A DNA stretch of 64,000 bases, taken from the NCBI GenBank assembly GCA_038106885.1, contig JAYNFX010000003.1:15786-79785 (forward strand), in the 5' to 3' direction. Below, piece after piece: positions 29,743 through 40,367 of this stretch. Numbering within the stretch: the first letter of the stretch is position 1; the number at the start of each line of letters is the position of its first letter. The stretch is from Flavobacteriaceae bacterium. GTDB lineage: Bacteria > Bacteroidota > Bacteroidia > Flavobacteriales > Flavobacteriaceae. The notes under the pieces are model-generated. The model saw only the letters and a list, made by a program, of their open reading frames with translations, made no database searches and was not told the origin of the DNA. The position numbers were made by a program, and so were the translations under genes.

Positions 29743-31008
29743 ATCAAAGCCAAGGTCCTTTCTGTAATTAATTCCCTCAAAGCTAATCTTTGAAGCGGCA
29801 CAATAGGATTCCTTTAAAGCTTCTTTAAAGTTATTCCCAAAAGCTGTTATTGCCATTACACGCCCACCACATGTAACTACCTTATGTTCATTTCTCTTAG
29901 CTCCTGCATGGAAAACAAGTGCGTTTTCCACTGAATCAAGTCCAGATATCTCCTTACCTTTTTCATAAGATTCTGGGTATCCGCCTGAGACAAGTACAAC
30001 AGTTGTAGCTGACTTTGGATTAATGCTTAAGCTTATTTTGTCTAATTTTTGATCTCTAATTGCAATGAAAATTTCCATTAAATCTGTTTCAATTCTAGGC
30101 AATACCACTTCTGTTTCAGGATCTCCCATGCGAACATTATACTCGATTACCTTAGGTTCATTGTTGACTATAATTAATCCAATAAAAATAAATCCTTTAT
30201 ATGGAAGTAGGTCTTTTTTTAGACCATTAATTGTTGGCTTGATTATACGCGATTCAATTTTTGATAATAAAGCATCGTCAACAAAAGGAACTGGAGATAT
30301 CGCTCCCATCCCTCCGGTATTTAAGCCTGTATCTCCTTCACCGATTCTTTTGTAATCTTTTGCTGTTGGAAGAACTTTATAATTCTTGCCGTCAGAAAGA
30401 ACAAAACAACTTAATTCAATTCCGTCTAAAAACTCTTCAATTACAACTTTTTCACTGGCGGTACCAAACTTTGAGCCTATTAACATTTGATTAAGCTCTA
30501 GCTTGGCCTCGTCAAGGTTATCAATTATTAAAACACCCTTACCAGCGGCTAATCCATCTGCTTTCAAAACATAGGGCGGAGATAAACTATCCAAAAATTC
30601 GTAACCTTCTTCCAATTCTTCTCGCTTGAAGCTTTTATATGCTGCAGTAGGTATGTCATGTCTAAATAAGAATTTTTTTGCGAACTCCTTACTGCCTTCA
30701 AGTTCAGCAGCCGCTTTTTGAGGTCCAATAACTGACACATTTTGTAATAACCTGTCGTTCAAGAAAAAATCATGAATCCCATTAACCAGTGGATCTTCTG
30801 GACCAACCACTACCATGTCTATTTTATTAAACAAAACTGCTTTTTTAATGCCCTTAAAATCATTAACGTCAATTTGTAGATTTGTAGCTATCATAGCAGT
30901 ACCAGAATTCCCGGGTGCTACAAAAACCTTTTTACAAAAAGGACTTTTAGAAATTTTCCATGCAATTGTATGCTCGCGTCCGCCTGATCCTAACACTAAT
31001 ACATTCAT
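29737..31008 (-). CDS. purD: Phosphoribosylamine--glycine ligase
   Basis: GSGGREH, VGPE, KADGLAAGKGV, DTGLNTGGMGA and EYNVRMGDPE motifs. Confidence 0.98.
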   Translation of the reverse strand: MNVLVLGSGGREHTIAWKISKSPFCKKVFVAPGNSGTAMIATNLQIDVNDFKGIKKAVLFNKIDMVVVGPEDPLVNGIHDFFLNDRLLQNVSVIGPQKAAAELEGSKEFAKKFLFRHDIPTAAYKSFKREELEEGYEFLDSLSPPYVLKADGLAAGKGVLIIDNLDEAKLELNQMLIGSKFGTASEKVVIEEFLDGIELSCFVLSDGKNYKVLPTAKDYKRIGEGDTGLNTGGMGAISPVPFVDDALLSKIESRIIKPTINGLKKDLLPYKGFIFIGLIIVNNEPKVIEYNVRMGDPETEVVLPRIETDLMEIFIAIRDQKLDKISLSINPKSATTVVLVSGGYPESYEKGKEISGLDSVENALVFHAGAKRNEHKVVTCGGRVMAITAFGNNFKEALKESYCAASKISFEGINYRKDLGFDL

Positions 31009-31011
31009 ATC

Positions 31012-32370
31012 TCAATAAGCTTTTTCATCGCCTTGAATGGCTCTAATTATTGTTTTAATTATAATCTTAATATCCAAAAATAAAGACCAATTCTCTATAT
31101 AAAATATATCAAACTTTACTCTACCTATTATGTCTTTGTCTGATTCAACTTCTCCTCGAAATCCACTTATTTGAGCTAAGCCCGTGATTCCTGGTTTAAC
31201 AAAATGTCTAACCATAAACTTATCTACTTTATTAGCATAGAGGTCAGTATGGCTAAGCATGTGAGGACGCGGCCCTACAACGGACATATCTCCGACTAAA
31301 ACATTTAAAAATTGAGGCAGCTCGTCAATACTAGTTTTTCTCATAAATCTACCTATTCTTGTAATTCTTTCATCCTCTTTTGAGACCTGAATCAAGTCAG
31401 CTTTATCGTTAATAATCATCGATCTGAATTTTATACAACTAAAAGATTTGTAATTATATCCATTTCTTAACTGCTTAAAAAATATAGGGCCCTTAGATTC
31501 AATTTTTATTAAAAAAGCCAATATCGGGGTTAACCATGACATTACAAATAAAATTACCATAATTGAAAATAGAATATCAAAAAGACGTTTAATAACTAAA
31601 TTTATTGAGTCATCTAAAGGAATTGTTCTAAATTCTAATACTGGGACCAATCCATAAAAATCTCTTTTTAAGTCCTGATTCAAAACTGTATTTTGTTCAG
31701 GAATAAACTTAACCACCTTTAAGTTATTATCCGCAAATTTGGTAATTGATTTAATATCTTGCTCTTTGATTTCTGAAAGAGAACAATAAATTTCGTCAAC
31801 TTCCTCTTTTTTTATGTAATTAAATAAAGCAACTAAATCAAGTGGTTTTGTTTTGCTCAAGGGAAATGTTTTTGTATTGACAAACCCTGCCTCTGGAGTA
31901 TCTTCAAAAAACTTTTGAACATCTCTAGCCTGTTTATTTTCTCCTATAATTATTGTTTTACGGAAATTACCTTTAAAATAAGCTCTATATCTTTTCAAGA
32001 AAAAAAATAGAGAATACTTGCATAAAGAGATAAAAACAAATGAAAAAAGAACGTAATTACAAACTAAAAATGGACTTAAATTAAATTGAGGAAAAATCCC
32101 CGCGTAAGCAAACATGAATAAGGAAAAAAACAGAATTTGCCGAACTAGTAAAGTAAAAACTCTAATTACACTAGAATAACGATATACCTCATAAAATTTT
32201 GAAATAAAAGCAGTTATTATCCATCCTAAGGAAATAATAACAGTAAATTCTTGAAATGGGATGTTGTTGAAAAACCAATAAACTCCAATAAAAATGATGA
32301 TGCTTAAATCTACAGTATAAGAAATTGGCTTAATTGCCCAAGAATAACGACCTTGTCTAAAATTACTCAC
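31012..32370 (-). CDS. Undecaprenyl-phosphate sugar-1-phosphate transferase (WcaJ/WbaP-like initiating enzyme)
   Basis: KRLFD, KFRSM, RKTSIDELPQF.NV..GDMSVVGPRP and KPGITGLAQ motifs; N-terminal TM helices; GTG start. Confidence 0.93.
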   Translation of the reverse strand: MSNFRQGRYSWAIKPISYTVDLSIIIFIGVYWFFNNIPFQEFTVIISLGWIITAFISKFYEVYRYSSVIRVFTLLVRQILFFSLFMFAYAGIFPQFNLSPFLVCNYVLFSFVFISLCKYSLFFFLKRYRAYFKGNFRKTIIIGENKQARDVQKFFEDTPEAGFVNTKTFPLSKTKPLDLVALFNYIKKEEVDEIYCSLSEIKEQDIKSITKFADNNLKVVKFIPEQNTVLNQDLKRDFYGLVPVLEFRTIPLDDSINLVIKRLFDILFSIMVILFVMSWLTPILAFLIKIESKGPIFFKQLRNGYNYKSFSCIKFRSMIINDKADLIQVSKEDERITRIGRFMRKTSIDELPQFLNVLVGDMSVVGPRPHMLSHTDLYANKVDKFMVRHFVKPGITGLAQISGFRGEVESDKDIIGRVKFDIFYIENWSLFLDIKIIIKTIIRAIQGDEKAY

Positions 32371-33360
32371 CTAAGTTTTAATGTGTTTTGAAAAATTTTT
32401 ATGTTCAACTTTTAAGAGTTTTGATTTTGGAATAGATTTAAAATATTTAACTGTTTCTAGCAACCCTTTCTGTCTATTAATTTTTGGGGACCAATTTAAT
32501 ATTTTTTTAGCTAAACTAATATCTGGTTGTCGTCTTTTTGGATCTCCTTCTGGTAATGGTAAGAAATCAATTTTTTGGTTTATTTTATTAAAATTTAATA
32601 CTTCTTTTGCAAAATCTAAAACAGTAATTTCGTCTGGGTTACCAAGGTTAACTGGATAGCTATAATCACTAAATAATAATCGATAAATACCTTCAATCAA
32701 GTCATCTACATAACAAAATGATCTTGTTTGTGATCCATCACCAAAAACTGTAAGATTTTCACCCCTAATAAGTTGACCAATGAATGCTGGTATTACACGT
32801 CCGTCATTCACCCGCATCCTTGGACCATATGTGTTAAATATTCTAGCAATTCTTACTTGTAACCCATGAAAACGATGATATGCCATTGTTAGCGATTCTT
32901 GAAAACGTTTGGCCTCATCGTAAACTCCTCTTGGGCTTATAGAACTTACATTTCCAAAATAATCCTCTTTTTGTGGATGAATTTTAGGATCGCCATATAT
33001 CTCTGAAGTAGACGCAATCAAAATTCTAGCATTTTTTGATTTTGCGAGACCCAATAAATTATGAGTTCCTAGCGAACTTACCTTTAGTGTTTGAATTGGA
33101 ATTTTCAAATAATCAATAGGGCTGGCTGGGGAAGCAAAATGTAATATAAAATCAATTTCTTGGTCTAATCTTATGTGTTTTGTAACATCATGTTCAATAA
33201 AATTAAACTTTGGATTAGAAAGCAGGTGGCTAATGTTATCTATATCACCCGTAATAAAATTATCCATACCAATTACATGAAATCCATCTTTGATAAAGCG
33301 ATCACATAAGTGTGAGCCAAGAAAACCAGCAGCTCCTGTAATTAAAATATTTTTTAGCAT
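32371..33360 (-). CDS. UDP-glucuronate decarboxylase (UDP-xylose synthase) family SDR
   Basis: [34 protein letters not shown] and [10 protein letters not shown] motifs. Confidence 0.92.
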   Translation of the reverse strand: MLKNILITGAAGFLGSHLCDRFIKDGFHVIGMDNFITGDIDNISHLLSNPKFNFIEHDVTKHIRLDQEIDFILHFASPASPIDYLKIPIQTLKVSSLGTHNLLGLAKSKNARILIASTSEIYGDPKIHPQKEDYFGNVSSISPRGVYDEAKRFQESLTMAYHRFHGLQVRIARIFNTYGPRMRVNDGRVIPAFIGQLIRGENLTVFGDGSQTRSFCYVDDLIEGIYRLLFSDYSYPVNLGNPDEITVLDFAKEVLNFNKINQKIDFLPLPEGDPKRRQPDISLAKKILNWSPKINRQKGLLETVKYFKSIPKSKLLKVEHKNFSKHIKT

Positions 33361-33368
33361 ATAATTCT

Positions 33369-33376
33369 CAAATATA
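33369..33376 (-). promoter_or_regulatory. -7 element (TATATTTG), 8 nt before the UDP-GlcA decarboxylase ATG
   Basis: Exact consensus in the short intergenic gap. Confidence 0.55.
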
Positions 33377-33420
33377 ATTAGTTTGATTATTATGAGTAAT
33401 CTAAAGATCAGAAACTTTAA

Positions 33421-34620
33421 TCACAATAAATCAATTTTTTCCAGAAATCTACTTAAAACATTATTTTTAGAAAAATTAGCAACAACGTAATCATTGGCTG
33501 ATCTTCCCATTTCCAACATTTTAATAGGATCTTCAATTAAATTATCTAGTTCAGCTATTACCTGATCCGAATAACAATTAAAAAACATCCCTGGGCAACA
33601 AGAATTAAATATGGTCTTTATCTCAGAATTGTCATTACCAATTATTAAAGACGGCTTTGAGCTTGCCATCATTCCCAAAACTTTTGATGGCATAACAGCA
33701 TCCATTACATCTGCCTTTTGAAACAAGATGTGAATATCTGCGCTTCTCAATAAACTTGACAACTCATTTAATGGAACTGGAGGAAAATACTTTACGTGAG
33801 AAAACGATTTGATGTTGTCCAGTAACCAATTCTTCTTTGCTCCATCTCCTACAACAGTAATATCATACTTTTTTGAGGATGTTTTTTTACAAAATTTTAA
33901 AAAAGTCTCCCAGTCTTGTTTCTCTCCAATATTACCTGAATACAATACTTTAACTTTTTTAGTCTCTAAATATCTGTGGGTAGTAAACTTAATTTCTTTC
34001 TCATTATCAATCCAGTTCGGTAAAAAAAAAGATTCAGAATCAGATTTCTGCTTTAGAATCTCTTTCATTCCTTGGCTTATTGTGCTTGCGATATCTGCAC
34101 TGTTCAATAGCATCTTTTCAAGATACATTAAAATTTTATGTAATAGGCTGTTTTTTGAGTTTAAACCAGATTGCTTAGCAATATCAAATTCAAAGTCTTG
34201 TACGTGTACCCATAGTTTGGATCGGTAACGAATCTTTAAAATTAACCCCAATAGAATTGAAGTTGTAAATGGAACTATAGATATTATTAAGTCGGGGCTT
34301 TTTTTAACTTTAAATAGATTAATGAAATTACCAAAAGTAAAAGAGATAAGGTGAACAATCCTTTTAAAAAATGTTGGGTTTTTTGGCACATATTGCTTAC
34401 TCCTCAAAACTCTAACTCCATTGATTTCTTCCTCAAATAAATAAGGCTTTGTTTTATATTCTCTTTTAATTTCCCATGCTGGGTAATAAGGAAACCCAGT
34501 GATAACTGTAACGTTGTGTCCTTTCGATACAAGCGCCTCTACTTTTTGTGTAGTATATAAGCCTATTGCGCTATCCTCCGGGTAATAATTAATCCCAATT
34601 ACTATAATATTTTTAGCCAA
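33421..34620 (-). CDS. WcaI-like GT4 glycosyltransferase
   Basis: GINYYPE, TGFPYYPAW, WVHVQDFEFD, LYSGNIGEKQ and MPSK motifs; TTG start. Confidence 0.88.
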   Translation of the reverse strand: MAKNIIVIGINYYPEDSAIGLYTTQKVEALVSKGHNVTVITGFPYYPAWEIKREYKTKPYLFEEEINGVRVLRSKQYVPKNPTFFKRIVHLISFTFGNFINLFKVKKSPDLIISIVPFTTSILLGLILKIRYRSKLWVHVQDFEFDIAKQSGLNSKNSLLHKILMYLEKMLLNSADIASTISQGMKEILKQKSDSESFFLPNWIDNEKEIKFTTHRYLETKKVKVLYSGNIGEKQDWETFLKFCKKTSSKKYDITVVGDGAKKNWLLDNIKSFSHVKYFPPVPLNELSSLLRSADIHILFQKADVMDAVMPSKVLGMMASSKPSLIIGNDNSEIKTIFNSCCPGMFFNCYSDQVIAELDNLIEDPIKMLEMGRSANDYVVANFSKNNVLSRFLEKIDLL

Positions 34621-34621
34621 A

Positions 34622-35161
34622 TCACCTTTCTTTTAAATATTTTGCAGGGCTACCAATATATACTTTTTTTGGATCTAAATTGGTGAATACAGAGCTTCTA
34701 GCGCCTACAACGCAAGAATTATCTATTGAAATACCTGGCGCAACATAAACATCTGTCGCAAGCCAACACTCTGAACCAATCGTGATTTTTTTTGAATAAA
34801 TAGGGAAAGACGGGTCATCATATTTATGAGATGCTGTACATAAATAACACCTTTGCGAAATTACTGTGTTATTTCCAATTTCAATTTCTCCTAATGAGTA
34901 AAGTACTGCGTTGTCACCAATCCAGCTATACTCTCCAATGCTCACTTTCCAGGGATAAGTGATCTTTGCAGAAGGTCTGATCAAAACATTTTTTCCAATT
35001 TTTGCGCCAAACAATCTTAATAAAATTCTTCGCCAGGCAAACATAAATTGAGGGGAAGTCTTGAAAAACAATGAATAAACAATAAACCAAAGCTGTACAA
35101 TAAAAGCAGAACGCCCTCTAAAATTGGTAGGTGTCTTATATGTTTTTAAATTTTGAATCAA
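34622..35161 (-). CDS. WcaF-like hexapeptide-repeat O-acetyltransferase
   Basis: FRGRS...VQLW, LRLFGAKIG..V.IRPS..ITYPW and YLCTASH motifs; TTG start. Confidence 0.9.
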   Translation of the reverse strand: MIQNLKTYKTPTNFRGRSAFIVQLWFIVYSLFFKTSPQFMFAWRRILLRLFGAKIGKNVLIRPSAKITYPWKVSIGEYSWIGDNAVLYSLGEIEIGNNTVISQRCYLCTASHKYDDPSFPIYSKKITIGSECWLATDVYVAPGISIDNSCVVGARSSVFTNLDPKKVYIGSPAKYLKER

Positions 35162-35200
35162 TTGTGTAAATATAATTTAAGTATCGAGTGTCTGCGAATA

Positions 35201-35224
35201 TATAAAATAGATATCTATTTTATA
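35201..35224. repeat. Perfect 24-bp palindrome TATAAAATAGAT-ATCTATTTTATA
   Basis: Read directly from the sequence; no loop; intergenic, upstream of the wcaF-like gene. Confidence 0.9.
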
Positions 35225-35294
35225 ACTCTAGTTATTTAGATTTATTGTGAGATTGAAACAAAGGGTGTCTAAAGAGTAGACTTAAAATATCAAT

Positions 35295-36389
35295 TTATTT
35301 TTCATTAAATATCTTAAGAATTCCAGAAGTAAAGCCATCTTCTGAAAATTTCTTTCTTGCGTACTGTAAGTTTTTTAGGCTTATTGACTCTAACTGATTC
35401 ATTGATTTTGATAACTCTAAAAGCCCCTTAAACAGGCTCTTACTATCCCTCTTTTGTACAAACAAGCTGTTTTTTTTACTACATATGTCTGGAATTCCTG
35501 CATGATTAGTAGTAACAATAAAATTACCAAACCCCATAGCTTCTATTATTGATATTGGTTGACCTTCCATAGGATAATAAGTAGGAAGACAAAACACATT
35601 GCCCCAACTTAAAAGCTCTGTTTTTAATTTGCCACTAACAACACCTAAATATTCTGTGTTGTCCAAAATATTTATTTTTTCTAAAAGATCATTTTGGTCG
35701 TCTGGGATACTCCCTGCAATTTTGGCCTCAAACGGAATCTCGGCTGAAATTAAGGCATCCAATGCGTCCAAAAATTCAAAAATCCCCTTTTCTGGAATTA
35801 GATTACTCATAAAAAAAAGTCTTAGTTTAGAAAAATCCTTTTTTTCAAAGACCTTGTTTTGAGGAATAATTAATGATTCTTGAACGAAATTATGCTGGAT
35901 GAAAATCCTGGATTCTTCTAAAAAAGGCTCTAGTAATGGCTTTAGAGATTTTGATAAAACAATACCTTTTGAAAAAGCCTTTAAAATGGGTTTAATTATG
36001 ATCTTTTTTAATAACCCCATTTGATTGTACGAATCCTCTAAATAACCTCCTTTTACGTGTACTACTGAAGTTTTTCTTAGAACTTTTGCAAATAATACAA
36101 ATGGGGCATATTTTAATACTCCAAAAAATGTTTGCCCGATTGTACAATAAATAATATCAGCAAAAAAAACTTTATATAAACTAAAATAGTTTTTTAAAAA
36201 AGATAACTTTTTAAAATTCCAAGATCCTTGTGCAGACTGAACATTTGACCCTGAAGAAGCATCTATCCTGGACACTTTAATTCCTCTAGATTTTATGCCT
36301 TTTTCTAGAACTAAGTTTGATAAACTTACTCCAAACAAAGGCTCTGGAAAGGGCCCAATTATTAAAATGCGTTTGTTTTTAATAGGCAT
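35295..36389 (-). CDS. GT4 glycosyltransferase
   Basis: SNLIPEKG and EGQPISIIEAM (Ex7E) motifs. Confidence 0.9.
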   Translation of the reverse strand: MPIKNKRILIIGPFPEPLFGVSLSNLVLEKGIKSRGIKVSRIDASSGSNVQSAQGSWNFKKLSFLKNYFSLYKVFFADIIYCTIGQTFFGVLKYAPFVLFAKVLRKTSVVHVKGGYLEDSYNQMGLLKKIIIKPILKAFSKGIVLSKSLKPLLEPFLEESRIFIQHNFVQESLIIPQNKVFEKKDFSKLRLFFMSNLIPEKGIFEFLDALDALISAEIPFEAKIAGSIPDDQNDLLEKINILDNTEYLGVVSGKLKTELLSWGNVFCLPTYYPMEGQPISIIEAMGFGNFIVTTNHAGIPDICSKKNSLFVQKRDSKSLFKGLLELSKSMNQLESISLKNLQYARKKFSEDGFTSGILKIFNEK

Positions 36390-36398
36390 AAGTCGAAA

Positions 36399-37682
36399 CT
36401 ATTGAATTGGTGTTGTGTTGATCTTTAATTTATTATAAACGATTCTAGATGCGCAAAGTTGAAATAAAATATTCGAAATTGAAAACCCAATTGCCATTCC
36501 CAATGCCCCAAGTTTAAAACTTAATGAAACCCCTATTAATAACCCGATTCCGATTAAAATAAAGTATGGTTTTATGTAATAATTAGCAAGACCGGACATT
36601 TCAATAACGCTATCAGCCTGTCCAAAAAAAGAAGAAATAAAATACCCCGTACTAATAACTATAACAATCGGGTAGGAGTAGATAAATTCCGGTCCAAAAA
36701 GAGCTAAAATATCTCTACCAAAAATTAGTAATAATGATAAAATAATTACACTTGAAAAGAAACCAACGAAAGACGATCTTTTTACGTGTTTTGAAAGACT
36801 TGTTTTATCATTAAAAGATCTTGCAATAACTGGGGCATAAGTGGCTTTTAAAGCTTCAATAGCAATCATCATTAGCATTGCGACTTTTAGACCAATGTCA
36901 TACTTCGCAACTTGATCTGGAGGACATATTAAGGACAGAAAAAAGCGGTCGCCCCATAAAAAAAGAACCGTCACATAAGATTTTAACATAAGAGGTTTGT
37001 TATATGACGAAAAACTAAGAGGTATTGCCTCGCTACTATTCTTATTCAATGAGAATTCTTTTTTAGTCCAAAAAATTGAAAATATAAAAAGTATACTTAT
37101 AGCTACAAAATGAGATGTATAAATTACACCAACTGAAACTTCATTAAATACAAAATACAAAACACATAGAACACATAAGCTTAAGAAAATTCTGCCCGTA
37201 ATATTTAAAAAAGCATATTTAATGATACTTGATATAGCTCTTAATTTAGATGAATTTAGGTGAATCATAACCATAACTGGTATAGAAAGAATAATCATTG
37301 TTATCCCGTACTTTGTCCCTGGGAAAAAATTGGAAAACTGGAAAACTACAATCAATATAAGAGCAATTATTATTGATATATAAAAAACTTTACGCTCAAG
37401 CTTTTGAATCCATATTGGAACACCGATAGACTTAAAATCAGAGAATATCTTAACAAAGTGCACATCTATACCAAACTTAAGTAATACGCAAAGAATCATT
37501 AAAATTGATAGTGCTTCGACAAAAATACCATAATCTTGAGACGAGAAAAGCTTTATTAGAAGCAAAGAAAATATATAATTAGAAATGACCGACAAGCCTC
37601 TCATTGCAATGAACCCAATTGTTTTTCTTTGGTTTACATCGTTTACCAAACGCATCACTTTGACTAAAATCTTATTTAGCAT
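36399..37682 (-). CDS. Wzx-type O-unit flippase
   Basis: Multi-TM protein; YG.F, WGDRFFL, Y..P.IA and ILALFG.EF patterns; inside the polysaccharide cluster. Confidence 0.8.
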   Translation of the reverse strand: MLNKILVKVMRLVNDVNQRKTIGFIAMRGLSVISNYIFSLLLIKLFSSQDYGIFVEALSILMILCVLLKFGIDVHFVKIFSDFKSIGVPIWIQKLERKVFYISIIIALILIVVFQFSNFFPGTKYGITMIILSIPVMVMIHLNSSKLRAISSIIKYAFLNITGRIFLSLCVLCVLYFVFNEVSVGVIYTSHFVAISILFIFSIFWTKKEFSLNKNSSEAIPLSFSSYNKPLMLKSYVTVLFLWGDRFFLSLICPPDQVAKYDIGLKVAMLMMIAIEALKATYAPVIARSFNDKTSLSKHVKRSSFVGFFSSVIILSLLLIFGRDILALFGPEFIYSYPIVIVISTGYFISSFFGQADSVIEMSGLANYYIKPYFILIGIGLLIGVSLSFKLGALGMAIGFSISNILFQLCASRIVYNKLKINTTPIQ

Positions 37683-38901
37683 TTGCTTCTTTCTTTTTAA
37701 AATTATCTACTTCTTTAAATGCAAAAAAGTTTAGTAAAAATGAAAACAGTAAAATTCCATTTTGCTTCTCAATAAAATTCTCAATCAGCGCCATTGTAAA
37801 AAACAAAAATAAAACTGAAAAATAAATAAAATCTCTAGAATTAACAGCTTTTTTAAAGCTAATTACAAATATCGATAAGAGTGAAATAAAACCCATTATC
37901 CCGCAAGACAGCCATGCCCCTAAAAATTGGTTGTGAGAGTTAAAATAGGCGCTATTATTTTCAACATAAAATTTAGATAAGATATCTTTTACATCTCCTA
38001 TTCCGTGGCCAAAGATTGGAGCCTTGGATATTGCTTCCAAAGAAAAATTATATATTCTAAGCCGAGTTGAAGTTGAGCCTATGTTGTTTAAATCAGGATT
38101 TAAGATTACCGATAAAAATTCATAAAAACGCTCTTTTAACAACTGATTTGAAAAAATTAATGCTACAAAAATAATTAGCATTAAAATAAAATAACCTAAT
38201 CCCTTTCTTTTCTTTAAAGAAATAAAGTAAACTACAGAAATAATTGCCGATATCAATATTGGACCCTTTCTAGCCAGCAGTATAAGTTGACAAAACAGAA
38301 ATGCAATTGAAATAAAAAATAAAAATTTGGTAAAACTATGCTTCAGAGTTTTATAAATTGATGTTGAAAAAATTAACGAAATCACTACTAACATAGAAGC
38401 GTAAAGAGGGTGCATTGAATACTTTCCGAATTTTACAGTAATTCTTTCTGGATAATGCAACAAATATGTTTTTGTGAAAAATCCTTTAAACAAAGAATAA
38501 ATTAAAATTGCTGAGAAAAAAAGTATAGTTGAAATAAAGAAAAGCTCATAAAACCTTTTTTGTATTAGCGCGTGTTTAATGTCGTTTCTAGTATAAACAG
38601 CGTAAAATGTCAATGGCATAATTAACATAGGCGAGATGCTTAAAAGATTTTCTGTTCCCTCACTAAAATTATCTGTATAAAAAATACTGATAAACATAAA
38701 AACAAAGTATAGAATATTGATAATTAATATTTTTAAATACTTTTTTTGACTATTCAATTTTGGTTTACAAAAAAAATAGATCGCAACTAAAGAGAATATT
38801 AAAAATGGTATATTTCTGAAATTAAAAGGAAGCAGTACTGAAACGGAGAATAATATAACTCCTAAGTTAAACAAATTTAAAAATAATTTATTCCCACTCA
38901 T
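37672..38901 (-). CDS. O-antigen ligase (WaaL / Wzy_C family)
   Basis: Multi-TM protein; periplasmic loop STSTRLRIY...PIFGHGIG...NSHNQFL....CGIMG with the conserved Arg and His. Confidence 0.85.
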   Translation of the reverse strand: MSGNKLFLNLFNLGVILFSVSVLLPFNFRNIPFLIFSLVAIYFFCKPKLNSQKKYLKILIINILYFVFMFISIFYTDNFSEGTENLLSISPMLIMPLTFYAVYTRNDIKHALIQKRFYELFFISTILFFSAILIYSLFKGFFTKTYLLHYPERITVKFGKYSMHPLYASMLVVISLIFSTSIYKTLKHSFTKFLFFISIAFLFCQLILLARKGPILISAIISVVYFISLKKRKGLGYFILMLIIFVALIFSNQLLKERFYEFLSVILNPDLNNIGSTSTRLRIYNFSLEAISKAPIFGHGIGDVKDILSKFYVENNSAYFNSHNQFLGAWLSCGIMGFISLLSIFVISFKKAVNSRDFIYFSVLFLFFTMALIENFIEKQNGILLFSFLLNFFAFKEVDNFKKKEANAK

Positions 38902-40308
38902 CTATCTAAAAAGTCTAATTAAAAACTTAGGAACAAAATAAATACTAAGTAAGGGGCCTATGAAATAGGAAACACCATTTGTTAAATCGCCTCTTAACAA
39001 AAACAATAAATGAAGGGCAAAATAAAATGCTATAAACTCCTTAAAATAGTTCTTGGAAATCATCCAAGAAATAAACTTAACAATAAAATATGCTAAAATA
39101 ATTGCCAAAAGAACTACGCCAAAAACCCCTAAATTAATATACCCCTCTGAAACAATAGCATTTGATAGGTTAGAATAATCCCTCGGCGTAGTGTTCATAA
39201 GATATTCTCCTATTAATTCACCTGTTGAAGTTGGTTTTGATGCCCAAATGCTGCGGGGTATAAAAAACAAAATAACACCTAACAATTGATATCCCAAAGC
39301 AATGCCATTTATTTCTACATATTCTAAGGTTGCTAATATATTTGAAAAAGCATCATAATGAAGTGACTCAAATGCACCAGAAATAGTTCCAAACCTTAAA
39401 AATGATTCATATAATAATTCAGGTTTTTCAACAATCTGATCAAGATTTGCATCAATATGAGTTAGTGACGACATTAAAGGAAACATAATGACCATTGATA
39501 AAAACAAAAAAAGGAAAAATTTAGAATTAGAGTCTAAAAGCTTAGGGTAAAACAAATAAATTAATGCTATGTAAATTGGGCCAAGAGTGTTTCTTTTTTC
39601 AGTAAAGATATTTTTTAAAAAAAGCAGCATCACAATAAATACTAATAGACAAATAAAGATTACTATCGTATTTGTACTTAACTTATTTTTTTCCTTCAAA
39701 TATGAAATTGATGCAACAACTCCAGCTAAGGGTAAAAAAAATAAAAACTTTTTCCTTAGTAATAGAGAAGAGACAGACTCACTTTTCGCATTTGTAATGT
39801 ATATCGATTCAAAAATGTTGGTTATTACATATTCATAATTAAAACAAACTACTAGAGTACATAATAAAAGAATTACCAAAATTGCTATCGTTGAGTGCTT
39901 ATAAAAAACAAGCTTTTCATCTAATAGTAATGAATTTACAAGCCTCTTTTTCTTAAAGTATATATAGCTTAAAAAGAATGTAATGTTAAATATTATTATT
40001 AGAATATTTGCTGTTATAACGGTTGATGTGTTAAAAATAAAGTCATTAGGAAAACGGGAGTTTGCAAGACTAAGTGAGGATATTTGAAATACTGGTGCAA
40101 TGAAAAAAAACAGGTAGTTAAAAATTACATAAGACCCTAAAAATGGAGAAAACACCCTTTCTATGTTTAGATGATAATAAGCAATTATCGTGATAACACT
40201 AAAACTTAAAAAAAATGAAATCCAAACTGATACATTTGTGTTAAATGACACAAAAGCTAATAAACTAACGCACAAATACAAAAAAGTAACTATTGTTTTT
40301 AGTCTCAT
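38902..40308 (-). CDS. Probable Wzy repeat-unit polymerase
   Basis: Multi-TM protein; FIPRSIW..KP, EGYINLGVFG and LLRG motifs. Confidence 0.75.
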   Translation of the reverse strand: MRLKTIVTFLYLCVSLLAFVSFNTNVSVWISFFLSFSVITIIAYYHLNIERVFSPFLGSYVIFNYLFFFIAPVFQISSLSLANSRFPNDFIFNTSTVITANILIIIFNITFFLSYIYFKKKRLVNSLLLDEKLVFYKHSTIAILVILLLCTLVVCFNYEYVITNIFESIYITNAKSESVSSLLLRKKFLFFLPLAGVVASISYLKEKNKLSTNTIVIFICLLVFIVMLLFLKNIFTEKRNTLGPIYIALIYLFYPKLLDSNSKFFLFLFLSMVIMFPLMSSLTHIDANLDQIVEKPELLYESFLRFGTISGAFESLHYDAFSNILATLEYVEINGIALGYQLLGVILFFIPRSIWASKPTSTGELIGEYLMNTTPRDYSNLSNAIVSEGYINLGVFGVVLLAIILAYFIVKFISWMISKNYFKEFIAFYFALHLLFLLRGDLTNGVSYFIGPLLSIYFVPKFLIRLFR

Positions 40309-40367
40309 TTTATCAAAAATAAAGCTTATTGAAAAAGACTAGCGCTAGCCCTATTAGCTTAAAGCTC

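Noticed and set aside
34022-34030. A9 tract in the wcaI-like gene (and A8 in wzy) as phase-variation sites
   Set aside because: Similar homopolymers occur throughout this AT-rich window, including outside the cluster, and the reading frames are intact.
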